Assembly: GCF_000002075.1 (NCBI RefSeq)
Contig: NW_004797555.1
Coordinates: 327,439-391,438 of the forward strand
Origin: Aplysia californica
Lineage: Eukaryota
Direction of reading: 5' to 3'
DNA: 64,000 nucleotides
Position 1 is the first letter of the stretch. The number at the start of each line of letters is the position of its first letter. This document shows positions 50,413-61,620 of the stretch, piece after piece. The position numbers were made by a program, and so were the translations under genes. The notes beneath the pieces are model-generated. The model worked only from the letters and a program-made list of their open reading frames with translations, made no database searches and was not told where the DNA came from.

Positions 50413-50494
50413 CTGCTGGTTTGTGTCCACGCATAGCATGGAAGAGATTCACTTCCATATCAACATTCCATATCAATTCAGTAGAATCAGACAT
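50413..50494 (-). CDS. MRGBP: MRGBP coding exon 1 (MSDSTELIWNVDMEVNLFHAMRGHKPA/G)
   Basis: ATG at 50494, gtatta donor; W..EV.LFHAM.GHKP.G is the start of the Eaf7/CT20 domain; phase fits exon 2. Confidence 0.93.
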
Positions 50495-51550
50495 GATGTT
50501 GTCAAAAAGTAATTTGTTAGCCTAGTTTCGTTTTCCGTGACTTAGGCCAATAGCCAATAGTCAATAAGGCTAAAGGCTAATACAACAGCGCCGCAGAAAT
50601 CGGCGGAAGCAGCTTAGGCTTAAGTAGGTCGCATACTGCCAGGGACGCCGTAATAGGCCTTAGCATTTAAAATATTTTTAACTGGGAAGAATTTGATTTT
50701 TTTTAAAATTCGGAATAAACTGAGCTGTTGTCACAGAATTCTACACTTAGTGTAGAATTCTGTGGCTGTTGTTGACTTTCGAATGAGGGTGCAAACACAG
50801 ATAGCTTTTTTGCTAAGTCTCGTGATAAAGTTGCGCATTTTTTCGAACAAAAAGGCTTGCCATTGGGCCCTATCTGGTTTGGGGTTTGGGTGTTTTACCC
50901 AAAACGAACAGCAGTCTCGGGTTTGTTGACCCGGCCTAGACGACGCTTCGTCGCAGTCTCTGTAGGCCCTATAGGCCTAATTATGTAATTAGGCTATTGA
51001 CGCTTGGCCTATAATGTACTAGCCTGACGGCATCTCTTTCAAATTTTTTATGCCAAGATTGCTGGCATGCCGGGATTTTATTCGAATGATAATACATAGA
51101 TCTAGAAACCCGTTTCGCATCGATTTTGGTTTCTAAGTAATAGCTACGGCTGCAAACGCAAACAAACAATTCTTTCGGTGGACTACGTATGGGCTTGGCT
51201 ACACAAAAGTTACAAAAAAGCCAAACCAAGCGGTCGCGTGCTCCGCCTAGATCTAGTTCAAATAGCCTACTGAAGAAATCAGTTTTCCTTATTTTGACTG
51301 TCGCTTCAAAAGCCGGGCTGTACGTGCTCCTATGGGTTTCAAAATCAAGCACGGGGATCAGTCAAATTATTGAACCATCATAGATCTAGATCTATATTCC
51401 ATCTTTGTTTTTAAATCGTCTTACTTTAATGCGCTATCTACAATACCAAAATATAAGCTAAAAATACAACACAGTGTTTAACATTTTCGGTTTCTTATCA
51501 AAATCCTCGAAACTCAACTGTTTAAAAAAAATTAAAGCTGCAGCTGAATT

Positions 51551-51736
51551 AATCATCATCAATGTCTTTCAACCCTGGCAGGACGTAGGCCACATATGCT
51601 CCTTCCGTTTATCTCTGTCCTGGGCAAGGAGATTAAAAGTAAACTAGCTCGTTCCAAGTGAGCTTCATCTCTCCTCTCATGTCCCTTTCCTCACATCCCC
51701 TCCATGTTTCTCGTGGCCTACCCCTGCTTCGTGCCC
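51551..51736 (-). mobile_element. RTE-clade LINE 3' fragment
   Basis: GRPRETW...AQDR remnants and (GAT)n tail; a shorter tail-only piece lies at about 40018-40065. Confidence 0.7.
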
Positions 51737-52209
51737 AGCCGCTGAATTTATGTGGTATTCAAGGAAAGCATCAAAAACGAAAAACAAAAATCTTCTCCTG
51801 CTACACGGTTAGAAAATATGAGAAAACCGTAATGCACAACGTTGAAACTAGTAAGAAGAATTACCCATCTTAAAAAGCTCGAACGTTTCGAGTAAACCAC
51901 AATGTAATGGACAAACAATGCAATAAAAAATAAACTACAATACTACATCTTTCTTGAATTTAAGTAGGCTAGCATTATTAGGCCTAGTTATCTCTCGTGG
52001 GTAGGCACAGCTTTGAGCTAGCCTTCTGTTCTATCACTTCTTCCACCAGTGCATTTGGGGACCTATTTCACCCATTTGTTGGAAATACATGTGTCCTGCC
52101 CATTGAAGCCCAGTATCACAAGATGTGTACCTTTACACTAAACTACACCCTTTCATTCAGCTTGCTTTCAATTGGTGATCCTAAACATCCAAGATGACTA
52201 CAGCAAAAC

Positions 52210-53237
52210 CAGGGGTGAACAAAACAATTATGAACATTTCCTTTTTTTGTCCCCACATGCCCAGTCGGGCAACTAACACATATATCTGTACTTGCTCAGT
52301 AGAAAAGTCAATTTGCCCGTTTTCAAACATGAAAACCTTTAGACTGTCTCTATATCAAGAAAGAAAAAAAAAGTTGTAAACAGCACTGATGCGGGATATA
52401 AAATAATAAAATCATGTGTTGATATGCTAGTAGGCCTACATGTAATCTGCTTTAACATTGAATACTTTATTTTTATACTTTTCTTTTCAATTATTTAATG
52501 GCTGAATATGATGGCCAAACACAATTCCAAAAAAACTCCTTGTCTTTATGAAGTGTCTGTTCTACTCTCCTGGCTCTGTCACCACCTGGTCCTTTCTAAG
52601 ACAAGTGTCGCATTGTAGTCCATAACACTTGGCCCTTCAATGCAGATATAATGTAGTGGGTGGTTGGCGGGTGCTCTGGTACCGTGTGGTTTGCTTCTTC
52701 TTTCCTATCAAACGTCTATCGCCCTTATCTCCCCTCCTTCTTTTTTATGTTTGTTACTCTCTTGTAACACCTCTAATTCTAATCTTCTGGCGCTCATATG
52801 GCCTTATGCAGTTGCGAGCGCCGTAAAACCTCTAATAAAACAAAAGCAGACATGTTCAACATGGACAGGACATCCGTGTTGAGCTTTTCCCTCCAGTCAG
52901 ATTTGATCCGCTTCATGGCTGAAAAAAAACTTTCTACACTGGCTGTGGACAAAGGAAGTGTGAGCAGGAGCTCAACTAGAAGTACATATGTAGTATGCTT
53001 CTCTGAAGTCTTCCTGTCTTTCTGGGTCTACAAGAAGTAACTTACTACAGATCTAATGGCCTTCAGTTGTTCACTGGCATTCTCCTTATCAGTTGTTTGA
53101 GGGCAGGCCATTTCAATGTCATCGATGGATGCCACCTCTCTCAGCTTTGAGAGAATACATGTACTCAAAAACAATGACTGTCTTGTGGTAATAATGACTT
53201 GCCCCGTCGGGCAGGTTAACCCTATCCATTCGCCCTG
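52210..53237 (-). mobile_element. hAT transposon remnant with C-terminal dimerisation domain, interrupted by a retroposon
   Basis: minus frame VLLVELLLTLPLSTASVESFFSAMKRIKSDWREKLNTDVLSML, continuing YICIEGPSVMDY beyond the 52656-52845 insert; CAGGG-type ends; boundaries approximate and no TSD seen. Confidence 0.65.
52656..52845 (+). mobile_element. ~180-bp headless retroposon inserted in the hAT remnant
   Basis: family match; interrupts the hAT reading frame. Confidence 0.9.
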
Positions 53238-54928
53238 GGGTAAATAATAATTATGCACACGAACTAGCAAACACAGACGTGCCCCTCTCCCTCCACCCAC
53301 CCCCCTCTGTCTATCCCCNNNNNNNNNNNNNNNNNNNNNNNNNNNNNNNNNNNNNNNNNNNNNNNNNNNNNNNNNNNNNNNNNNNNNNNNNNNNNNNNNN
53401 NNNNNNNNNNNNNNNNNNTGGTCGGTCGTGGGGAATACATATTTTCCCCTGAAAATACACATTTTCATATTTCCCAATACTCATTTCGGTTTTCTATGGT
53501 TGGCATCTCTGTTGTCAGTTTATGAATTTATTTCAGCCAGACACTGCCTCATTACGTGTGCATTGGGCTTCGGCTTGACTTACACATGAGCGAGCCTACA
53601 AACTTCAATAGACTAGGCCTAGAGTCTAGATCTAGATATCTAGACTAGGATCTAGATCTAGTCAGGCTACAGAATTATTTTCTGTTAATTGTTACACATG
53701 TAGGTTCTAGATCTCTAGGCCCAATTGAATAGCCTATTGAATAAATTATCATGGCCATCACATTGTGAAAAAAAGATGGGTCCGGAAGGAAAACCACAAA
53801 GTAGATAGAAAAATATGAGCAAGTTGGGATTACCGGTTTTGGCCCCTATGATAACTATACTATGGAGTGTGGCGGGTTTTGGCTCCTCCGGCGATAACTT
53901 CAGGCTGGCAGACCTGGTTCTAAATGACGACGTGCCTGCTGTTTGCTGCTGGGCAAGCAAGGGATGTTAAAAACAAGTGAAATATTACTGCTCATTTTGT
54001 ACTGAAAATTAGAAAGGCATCTAGATCTAGATCTAGCTCTCTTTCGGACGAAAACATCGGTACTGAGTATTTAAAACAATATCAATATCCGGTAGCCCTA
54101 CTCTTGGGGCCAAAAGCAGAAGTTGTCGCAAATTCAGATGAAACAGATTTGGATCAAGATAAGACAACAGAAATTGGCAATCTCAAGTTTTGGCCCCAAG
54201 AGTCAAGAGTAATGAAATGTCAATAGATCTAGTCTCATAGATCTAGTGTCTAATAATAGTAACTTTATGTGTTACATATATGTTAAGGGTAGTAGGGGTA
54301 GGATTCTTGTGTAGTAATAGCAATAAGAGTAGGCTAAGCGTTGAGGCCAAAACCAGATCCCCAGAAATTAGCCTAATTTAAAAAAAAAAATTTTTGCATC
54401 AGAGGTGTGTATTGCCTTTCTGATCTCAATGCTACTGGAAAAGAGAAGCTTTCATTTAGACAAGAGTATCATATACTGTGATATAGGTTAAGTTTTGCTG
54501 AAATCATGAGTGATGCACAGGTGATACATAAGAGACCTTTGTCATTTGACTATGGGGGAGAAAATGTATGAAAAGCGAGTCAACAGATGGATTAATATAG
54601 GATAGGCAGACTGCACCTATTATAAAGAGACATGGATCTCTCCAACAGCTGTACCGTCAGGTTAACTGTGTTCCGATAAATAAATATGGAAGGGCCTTCT
54701 AGAGGGAAGAAGTAAGAGGAGATGCTGATGCCCCATGGTGATAGATTGGGAGATCCACTGTATTTCAGGTCGAAATTTTTTTTATTCAGAGCTTTTGTTT
54801 GCACCTGTTTTTAGTTTTACATCATTTATGACTGACAAATTGCCACAGATTGGTTGTTAAAAAGTAAGTACATTTTTTTGGGTCAAACTTTTCTTATGCT
54901 TGATTTTTTTTTTCTACCTTTCATTCAG

Positions 54929-54984
54929 GTCGTGGTGGCAGTAAAATCAGAGATCTGGAACAGGACAGTAATGCCAGAATTAAG
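54929..54984 (+). CDS. KH gene exon 2 (GRGGSKIRDLEQDSNARIK)
   Basis: ttcag/gtaatt; GXXG loop IIGRGGSKI resembles the DDX43/DDX53 KH domain. Confidence 0.92.
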
Positions 54985-55602
54985 GTAATTGCCGGAAACT
55001 GTTTAAATTATGTTTTAATCTGATTTTTCGGTTCCGGACTTGGTAGTAAGTTACATATCTCACGTTTTTTGCTTTCTGCACATGTTCAAGTTAAAGCATA
55101 ACACACATAAACCATCTACTGTCTTCTTCTTCATTCTTTTTTTGTATTTCCTTCATTGTGTCAGCTAGAATTTCTGGTAACCCGCCTCCCCGCTAAGGCC
55201 ACAAAATTATGTCTGGTCTCCACTGTAAAATAGTTTGTTCAGGCATTCCCCGGATAGGTAGTTGAACCCCTGAAATAGCCACCTATGTAATATAATCACT
55301 TTTACGTTCACTTCCCATTTCCCCATCTGCGTTTTAAAAAATATAGTGGCATTGTGTAAGACGTCCAACTGTCAAAGACAACTGCTTTTTTAGACAATTT
55401 TGACTGTACTTATATTCTGAGGAAAGATGCATACTTAAGTTTTCTTTACTTGCGTTCTTGCAAGGTAGCCTTATGTGCTCGACTTGTTGCAATGCTTTTT
55501 ATCAATTTTTTGTGCCCTTTGTTTTTGAGATGGTGGATTTATTTGCTTTTTGTTTGCGGTACATAGGTCGGTTTGAAAATCTTCATTTGTAATTTTTATC
55601 AG

Positions 55603-55708
55603 ATTTCTCGTGATGAGGATGAAAACGGCATGAAGTCAGTGGAAATCAGTGGCACAGATGAAGAAATTGATGCAGCCAAGAGAATGATAGAGCAGTGTCT
55701 ATCTCAAG
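55603..55708 (+). CDS. KH gene exon 3 (ISRDEDENGMKSVEISGTDEEIDAAKRMIEQCLSQ)
   Basis: atcag/gttagt; KH beta3-alpha3 pattern V.I.G....I..AK.MI. Confidence 0.92.
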
Positions 55709-57769
55709 GTTAGTATGTTCTTGTCTTTGCTGGTGCTCTTGGTCTTAAAGCAGGTGCTATTGGTAGGTCAAACCTTTGTTTCACCTTCTTTGGTAAGTCT
55801 GACCTTCTTTTACAATTGAAGGGAAAGCGCCTTGTTTATGGTGAAAATCTGTAATGCTGTCAGCATTTTTATCATGTTATGGAATATTTTTTAGAATGTG
55901 GGCGCCAGAGCTAAGGTTACTTACTACTGGCAGCAAAAATTAAAGTGTTTCGCATTACTAATGTGCTTATTAGGCTGTTTTGAGTATGTATGGACATGAC
56001 AATTTTGAGAACATGTCACATGGTTGCAGTTTTTTATATCAGGTTTTACAAGTTTCTACCATTTGTTTAGCTCTGCGTCTGAGTGAGTAGTGAGGATTGT
56101 TGCATAGGAATGAAAGTCCACATCATTTGGTTCTGTCGCTTTCATCACTGTTTTGCTGGAGGTTTCTGCAGTTGAATAGTCATACTACACGAAGTCGACT
56201 GTTGTGGCCTCAGGTTTTACCGACAGAATACTGAATATTTTATGATGGAACAGATAATAAATTGCTCACGGAGTTATTATAGTAATTGAAGTACAAAAGA
56301 TGTGCAGAGTATTCCGGAACTGGACGCTGTTTTACTATTGTTTTTTCTCAATTGTTTAGATTTGGATATTTCGATCGGAAATGGTCCAAAGATTCGTTCT
56401 CAATTTGGAGAAAATCTATTTTTGCAGTAAGAATTTTCATAAATGGACAGTGAGTTCGTGTTATATGAGTTGATAGTCCTCCGAAGGATCATTGCATTTG
56501 AGAAAGTATAATGTATTTATAATTAAACTTTAATACATTATAATTCTGGTGTTTAGAAATCATTTTGGAATTACAGAGAACTGTTCTGAATAATGGCTAA
56601 AAAATCTTGTCTGTCATTTAGAAAAAGGGTAAAGTGAAATGATTGTCTGCAAGTTCAGTTGTTGATTTCTTCTGATTTGGTAGTCAGGTTTTGCTAGATT
56701 TTGGAAAAGAAAACTGGAGCAGTTATTCTACTACCTGTTGTAGTGCAAAATTTTTTGACGAGTAACATTAAGTTAATGATTTTTATAAAACTACTGGTGC
56801 TCATAGTCTCAATAGCAATGTATTCTTCACTGTTTGTAGAAGCAGGACCTACTTTCGAAGTCTTTATTTTCCCAATTTGATTTTCCTTTATTGTTGCCAC
56901 AGCTGTATTGCATATAGGACAGAACTTTAAAATATAAAGAGATTCTGAAAAGTAAACACAAGGTTTTTTTTCTCAGAGTTTGTAAATCATGTAGCAAGTC
57001 ATGCTGTGCACTTTGGATCTTGTTGCTGTTTGATTCAGTTCTTTTGCTTTTTGCTATGGTCGAGTATTTCCTTGCATTAAGTTAATCCAACTTGTATGGC
57101 ATAAATTTTTTGTGTTGACTAAAGGAGACAGAACAGTGGGCTTTGATTTTTTATATATTTACTATTTTGAAGTACGAATAATTAATTACCTTGTGTGAGC
57201 TTTTGGTTCGTCAGAAAAACGTACTTTTAAATCTAACAAGTGTGAAATGGTTTCTTGTGTTTGAATCAAAGCCCATGTCAGATACACAGAGTTCTCAAAT
57301 TTGTTGTGAATTTTTGTAATTATTATAAGCCGCTGGTTCATGATGGCATGGAAAGTCATAAATACCTGTCTTGATTTTAAAATAAAGACTTTTACATGGC
57401 CCTTTTTTGTGAGTCGTGAATCTTTTTGTAGGTGAGGGGAAAGTAGGGTTGTGGTGAAATGAACATTTTGAGATTGAATGCAATATTGAGGATATCGGAA
57501 TCTTGCATTTTGAGCTGAAGGGAAGGTGCAGTCAGTTTCTAGGAGATCAAATGCACAGTGAAAAAAAAATCTGTGTGCATTGAGTGCACATAGCAAATTG
57601 ATTAATCACTTTGATGCAAAATGTCATCAGATAGGTCAACTAAAATTTTGTTCGAATGAAAGGATCAGTTCAAAGATTTATCCTGAAAAAATCTTTTCGT
57701 TATTGAAGTACAATTGTGTGTAGAAAGGGCAATGCAAATGTTCGTGTTGACTAAATTATCCTTTTGCAG

Positions 57770-57910
57770 GATCTGACTTTGGTGGAGGTCGTCGTGGGGG
57801 TTTTGGTGGCCGTGGACGTGGTGGTGGAGGAGGAGGATATGGACGAAGGGATGACGGATGGGGTCGCAGAGACGGAGGTGATGGATGGGGGCGTCGTGAT
57901 GATTATGGAG
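57770..57910 (+). CDS. KH gene exon 4, RGG/GWG low-complexity linker
   Basis: ttgcag/gtttgc, 141 nt, phase 1-1; GSDFGGGRRGGFGGRGRGGGGGGYGRRDDGWGRRDGGDGWGRRDDYG. Confidence 0.88.
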
Positions 57911-59556
57911 GTTTGCTCTGAGTTTTTGGTCCTTGCAATGGGTACTGGGGGTGTTGTATTTTGTTTCAAATTTTTTGTCCTCCGTGGTCCTTCAAATGAG
58001 GGGGGGAGGGGTTGATTTTGCGAAATTCCACTCAGTAATTCGATCAAGGATATTAAAAAAGGTTAAAACCATGTTGCTGCTTTTCTGTATTTTTTTCACC
58101 TGCTTCGCAAAGCATTTTTACTGAGGGGATTTGCTAGTTGTTTTTTTTGGGGGGGGGGGTGTTGTATCGGCAACTCACTTTATTGGCTTTCAGTGGTTTA
58201 TGTTCGTGGGTGTTGTGAATGAAACGAGCAGTTGAAATTGTTCGAGGCGGCCACTATTGTCAATGAGTAAAGTAATTTTTTTAAACAGGTGGCCTTTAGA
58301 GTAGGTTCGACTGTACTCTGATTTATCTGCCATTATAAGTAAATTAGCTTGTATGGGAAGGTGAGGCAAATAATGAACTTGGAGAACATTGCTAGATTGA
58401 CAGAATGTGGTTTTTTTTTTTTTAATGGACACCATCTGAAGCTCTCATCAGTTGTGATTAGATGCAGCAAATTTTATCAGGTGTTATCAGGGTGGGTGAT
58501 ATGGTTTGAGTCGCCATTTGAACGTATTCAGCTGTTCCATATGGGACTCTTGAGTCGGAAGCCTTGCCTCAATTACTCCCTTACTCTTTGTTGAGAGGGG
58601 CATTACGGCAAAAACTAGAATATTTGTGATAGTTGTTACATTTTTTTGGTGCATCAACTTAAAGTGGAAGTTTAAATTTTCAATATTAGCTTGTTTGATA
58701 TCCAGCACTCGGTATGTTTGTGAGAAGAGGTATTTCAAATGGCACACAGGATTGTTTTTAAAACTTAAAAAAAAATTTTAATTAAATTTTTATTATGAGC
58801 TTTATGTGATTCGCCATGATTTAGAATTTATGCTCAAAAGCTGAGACTACTGCAGTTTGCACTTTTTTCCTTATTTCTGATACACGTCTTGTGCGGCTCA
58901 ACTAGATTAAAAAAACCCCAGCTAGAACAGTGATGAATTTGTACCTCATACAGAACCATTGATGTGGACATGATTTTTATAGTGAAATTCTGCCAGTTCA
59001 GACACTGAAAGCTGAAAGTGGGCTGAAAACTTTGAGAATTATTCGCATTAATGTTGACAAGAAGCAAATATAGTTGCTCTTGGGGAGATGCAATTTCATC
59101 ATTTTGTTTTGCTAGTGTTATTACCATTTAGCATTGTGCATTAGTTAGGTGGAAATCAACATGAGCTGAACTGTAGCAGCTGAGTGAAATGTGCTGTCGT
59201 CGAGAAGAGAATTGCTTCAGGGTTGTGGCACGAGCTAATGCTGTCATAACTTGCAAATTGTTTTGGTTTTAGCGGACTCCACTGAAACTTGCAAGTTTTG
59301 TTGAATGTTATTTCATGAGACTGATAATCTGTACAAGATATTTATTATTCAAAGATGGGCATTCTTGTGTTTTCCTGTAAGTTAAAAATTTGCTAGACAT
59401 TAATTATTTAAAAAAAAATTTTTTTTTGTGGTTTGGATTTTGATTTGAAATGTCAGTATTTCAGAAAGTCGAATGCCCATCTCTGAATATATTCAGTTGA
59501 CAATGTTCCGAATCAGTATATTTTGTGGGCTTAAATAGAAAGTAATTTCTCCCCAG

Positions 59557-59640
59557 ATCGTGACAGTGGCCGGAGATTTGGAGGCGGTGGCGACTCAGAA
59601 ACCATCTTTGTGGAGTCATCAGAAGTTGGACGCATCATTG
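59557..59640 (+). CDS. KH gene exon 5 (DRDSGRRFGGGGDSETIFVESSEVGRII/G)
   Basis: ccccag/gtaagt; start of the second KH domain. Confidence 0.92.
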
Positions 59641-60814
59641 GTAAGTTCAGCTTAAAGATTGCACCATGCTAATGCTGTATCTGCTCTTTTAAGTTTTCCA
59701 TTATAAAAATTAAAAAGCTTTTTGGCTTTCTGATTGCCAGTCATTTTCCCCACTACTATTCCCCATGTACAAGCCGTTGCAATATTGAAACAACCTGTGG
59801 GCTGTTCTTATTGACATAGGGCAGAACATTTTATGAGGCTTCATAAATTAGAAATACTAAAGTCGAGAGAAAAACCTGCAAGCTGTGCATATCAAATGGA
59901 AATAATTCTTTTAGATGCTTCTCTTTGACCTTCTGTTGCCTTGGTCAGGCCACCGCCACAGGAGGGATAAACAGTAGATTTAAGCTCAATCTGTGGGCCA
60001 AAAAGTCGGATTCAGACGACGATGACTTTCTTTTTATAGTGAACAAACAGATATCTGCAGGAAATGTTGAATTAGATAAATGGACAGTAATGATTGGGAA
60101 ATTAATGGGTGATATTTTTCAATCAAGACGCAAAGAGGAGAGTGCGCAACAGACAGTTGACGATAAATCAACATCGATTGGAATAGGGTGATATTTTAAT
60201 CATGAAAATAAATTAAATGTGAAGGTTGTTCAGGTGGGTTGTTTTTATTGGGTTTTTAGGGGCCTCAAGTTTCATCTTTTTCTCCCAACCAGCTCATTAG
60301 TCATTTCCTATTTTTCGTAAGTGAGCCTTTAGAAAATGTCTTTATTCAACTTATGGTGGATCCTTGGTTGCAGCAATAGTTACAGCGTCCTAATAAAGCC
60401 ATTTGTAAACTTTTACCTCATAAAATTTTTTCATCTACTCGGGCATAAATGTTAATAGGTTATGACAAACAACACAAGCAAAATTTATTCTAGAATAGTT
60501 CTGCTTCACAGAAACACAGGGCCAGTTGTAATGAAATAATCCAGTGTCTGCAACAATTGCAACATATGTGTTAGCACAAGCAGTTTGTTAAGAGATATGT
60601 GCAAAATGCTAGTGTGTGTTGTATTTTAGTCTTGTTTTGTAGTCAACTGGATCAAAATGGTCTCAAGCTTAGAGGTAAAAGTGATTAAAAGCTATTTGCA
60701 TTTTATAAATTTATTATGGCAATGAAGAGCATCTTAGGTATTTGCAGCTACTTCATGTATGCTTGAATGCCAATTATTTTATGTTGCTAATATATTACGT
60801 AAACTTTTTAACAG

Positions 60815-60870
60815 GTCGCGGTGGTAGCCGGATACGAGACATGGAATCAGAGTCTGGCTGCAGAATAAAG
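60815..60870 (+). CDS. KH gene exon 6 (GRGGSRIRDMESESGCRIK)
   Basis: aacag/gtatgt; 56 nt, paralogous to exon 2. Confidence 0.92.
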
Positions 60871-61440
60871 GTATGTTGAATATTTTTGAAGAGTTTCGAG
60901 TTTCTATTATAATGCATATTGATACATTAGAAGAAAATTACTGGTAACGGCAGGTAATAAAGATTCAAATGCTCCATGTTAGTCCTTTGTTTAATTTTTG
61001 ATGTCTTTTTAAATAGAAGTAAAGGTATCCACAAATTATTTATCTTAACACACCACACCCTAAGATTCTGGACGGGAAGTGTATTCCTGAATCATATGCA
61101 AGGGTAGGTTTACAAGGATTTTGATTTTAAAAAATTTAAACTTAAAAATAAAATTCCAAAATTAGAATAGGTCATAGTGATTGTAGTTTATCAGAAAAAT
61201 ATAACTTTATAAGCAAGGGTTCTTGGAAATATTCTAGCTTTACTTCAGTCTGGGTGTTCAAAAAGTTGTTCACCCTGTCTCGAAGTCGGGCTCTCTATCT
61301 ACATCCGATTATTTGAATTGCCTCCCAACACTTGCTTTGTTTTCATCAATATCTAATTCGACTTATTCATCATTTGCTTGCTTGGTCTAGTTCATATCCA
61401 TCATTTTCTTGTTCTAGCTCAATTGTATCGCTTTTCAACT

Positions 61441-61620
61441 GCAGGTAGTTGGCGGGTGCTCTCGTGTGGTCTGCTCCTTCTTTCCTGTCAAACTTCTATC
61501 GTCCTGATCTCCCCTTCTTTTTTATGTTTGTTACTCCCTTGTAACACCTCTAATCTTCTGGCGCTCATATGACCTTATGCAGTTGCGAGCGCCGTAAAAC
61601 CTTTACCAAAACTAAAACTA
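61441..61620 (+). mobile_element. ~180-bp headless retroposon
   Basis: family match; 11-bp TSD gcttttcaact. Confidence 0.9.

Noticed and set aside
52786-52830. Hammerhead or HDV ribozyme in the 180-bp repeat
   Set aside because: No CUGAUGA/GAAA core or nested pseudoknot seen by eye; better explained as a LINE-type 3' stem-loop
57751-58047. Thr/Ser/Pro-rich mucin-like minus-strand ORF
   Set aside because: Antisense shadow of the RGG exon
58930-59026. Intronic C/D snoRNA in the KH gene
   Set aside because: GTGATGA and CTGA boxes are present, but there is no convincing terminal stem or rRNA guide I can recognise; needs snoscan/Infernal
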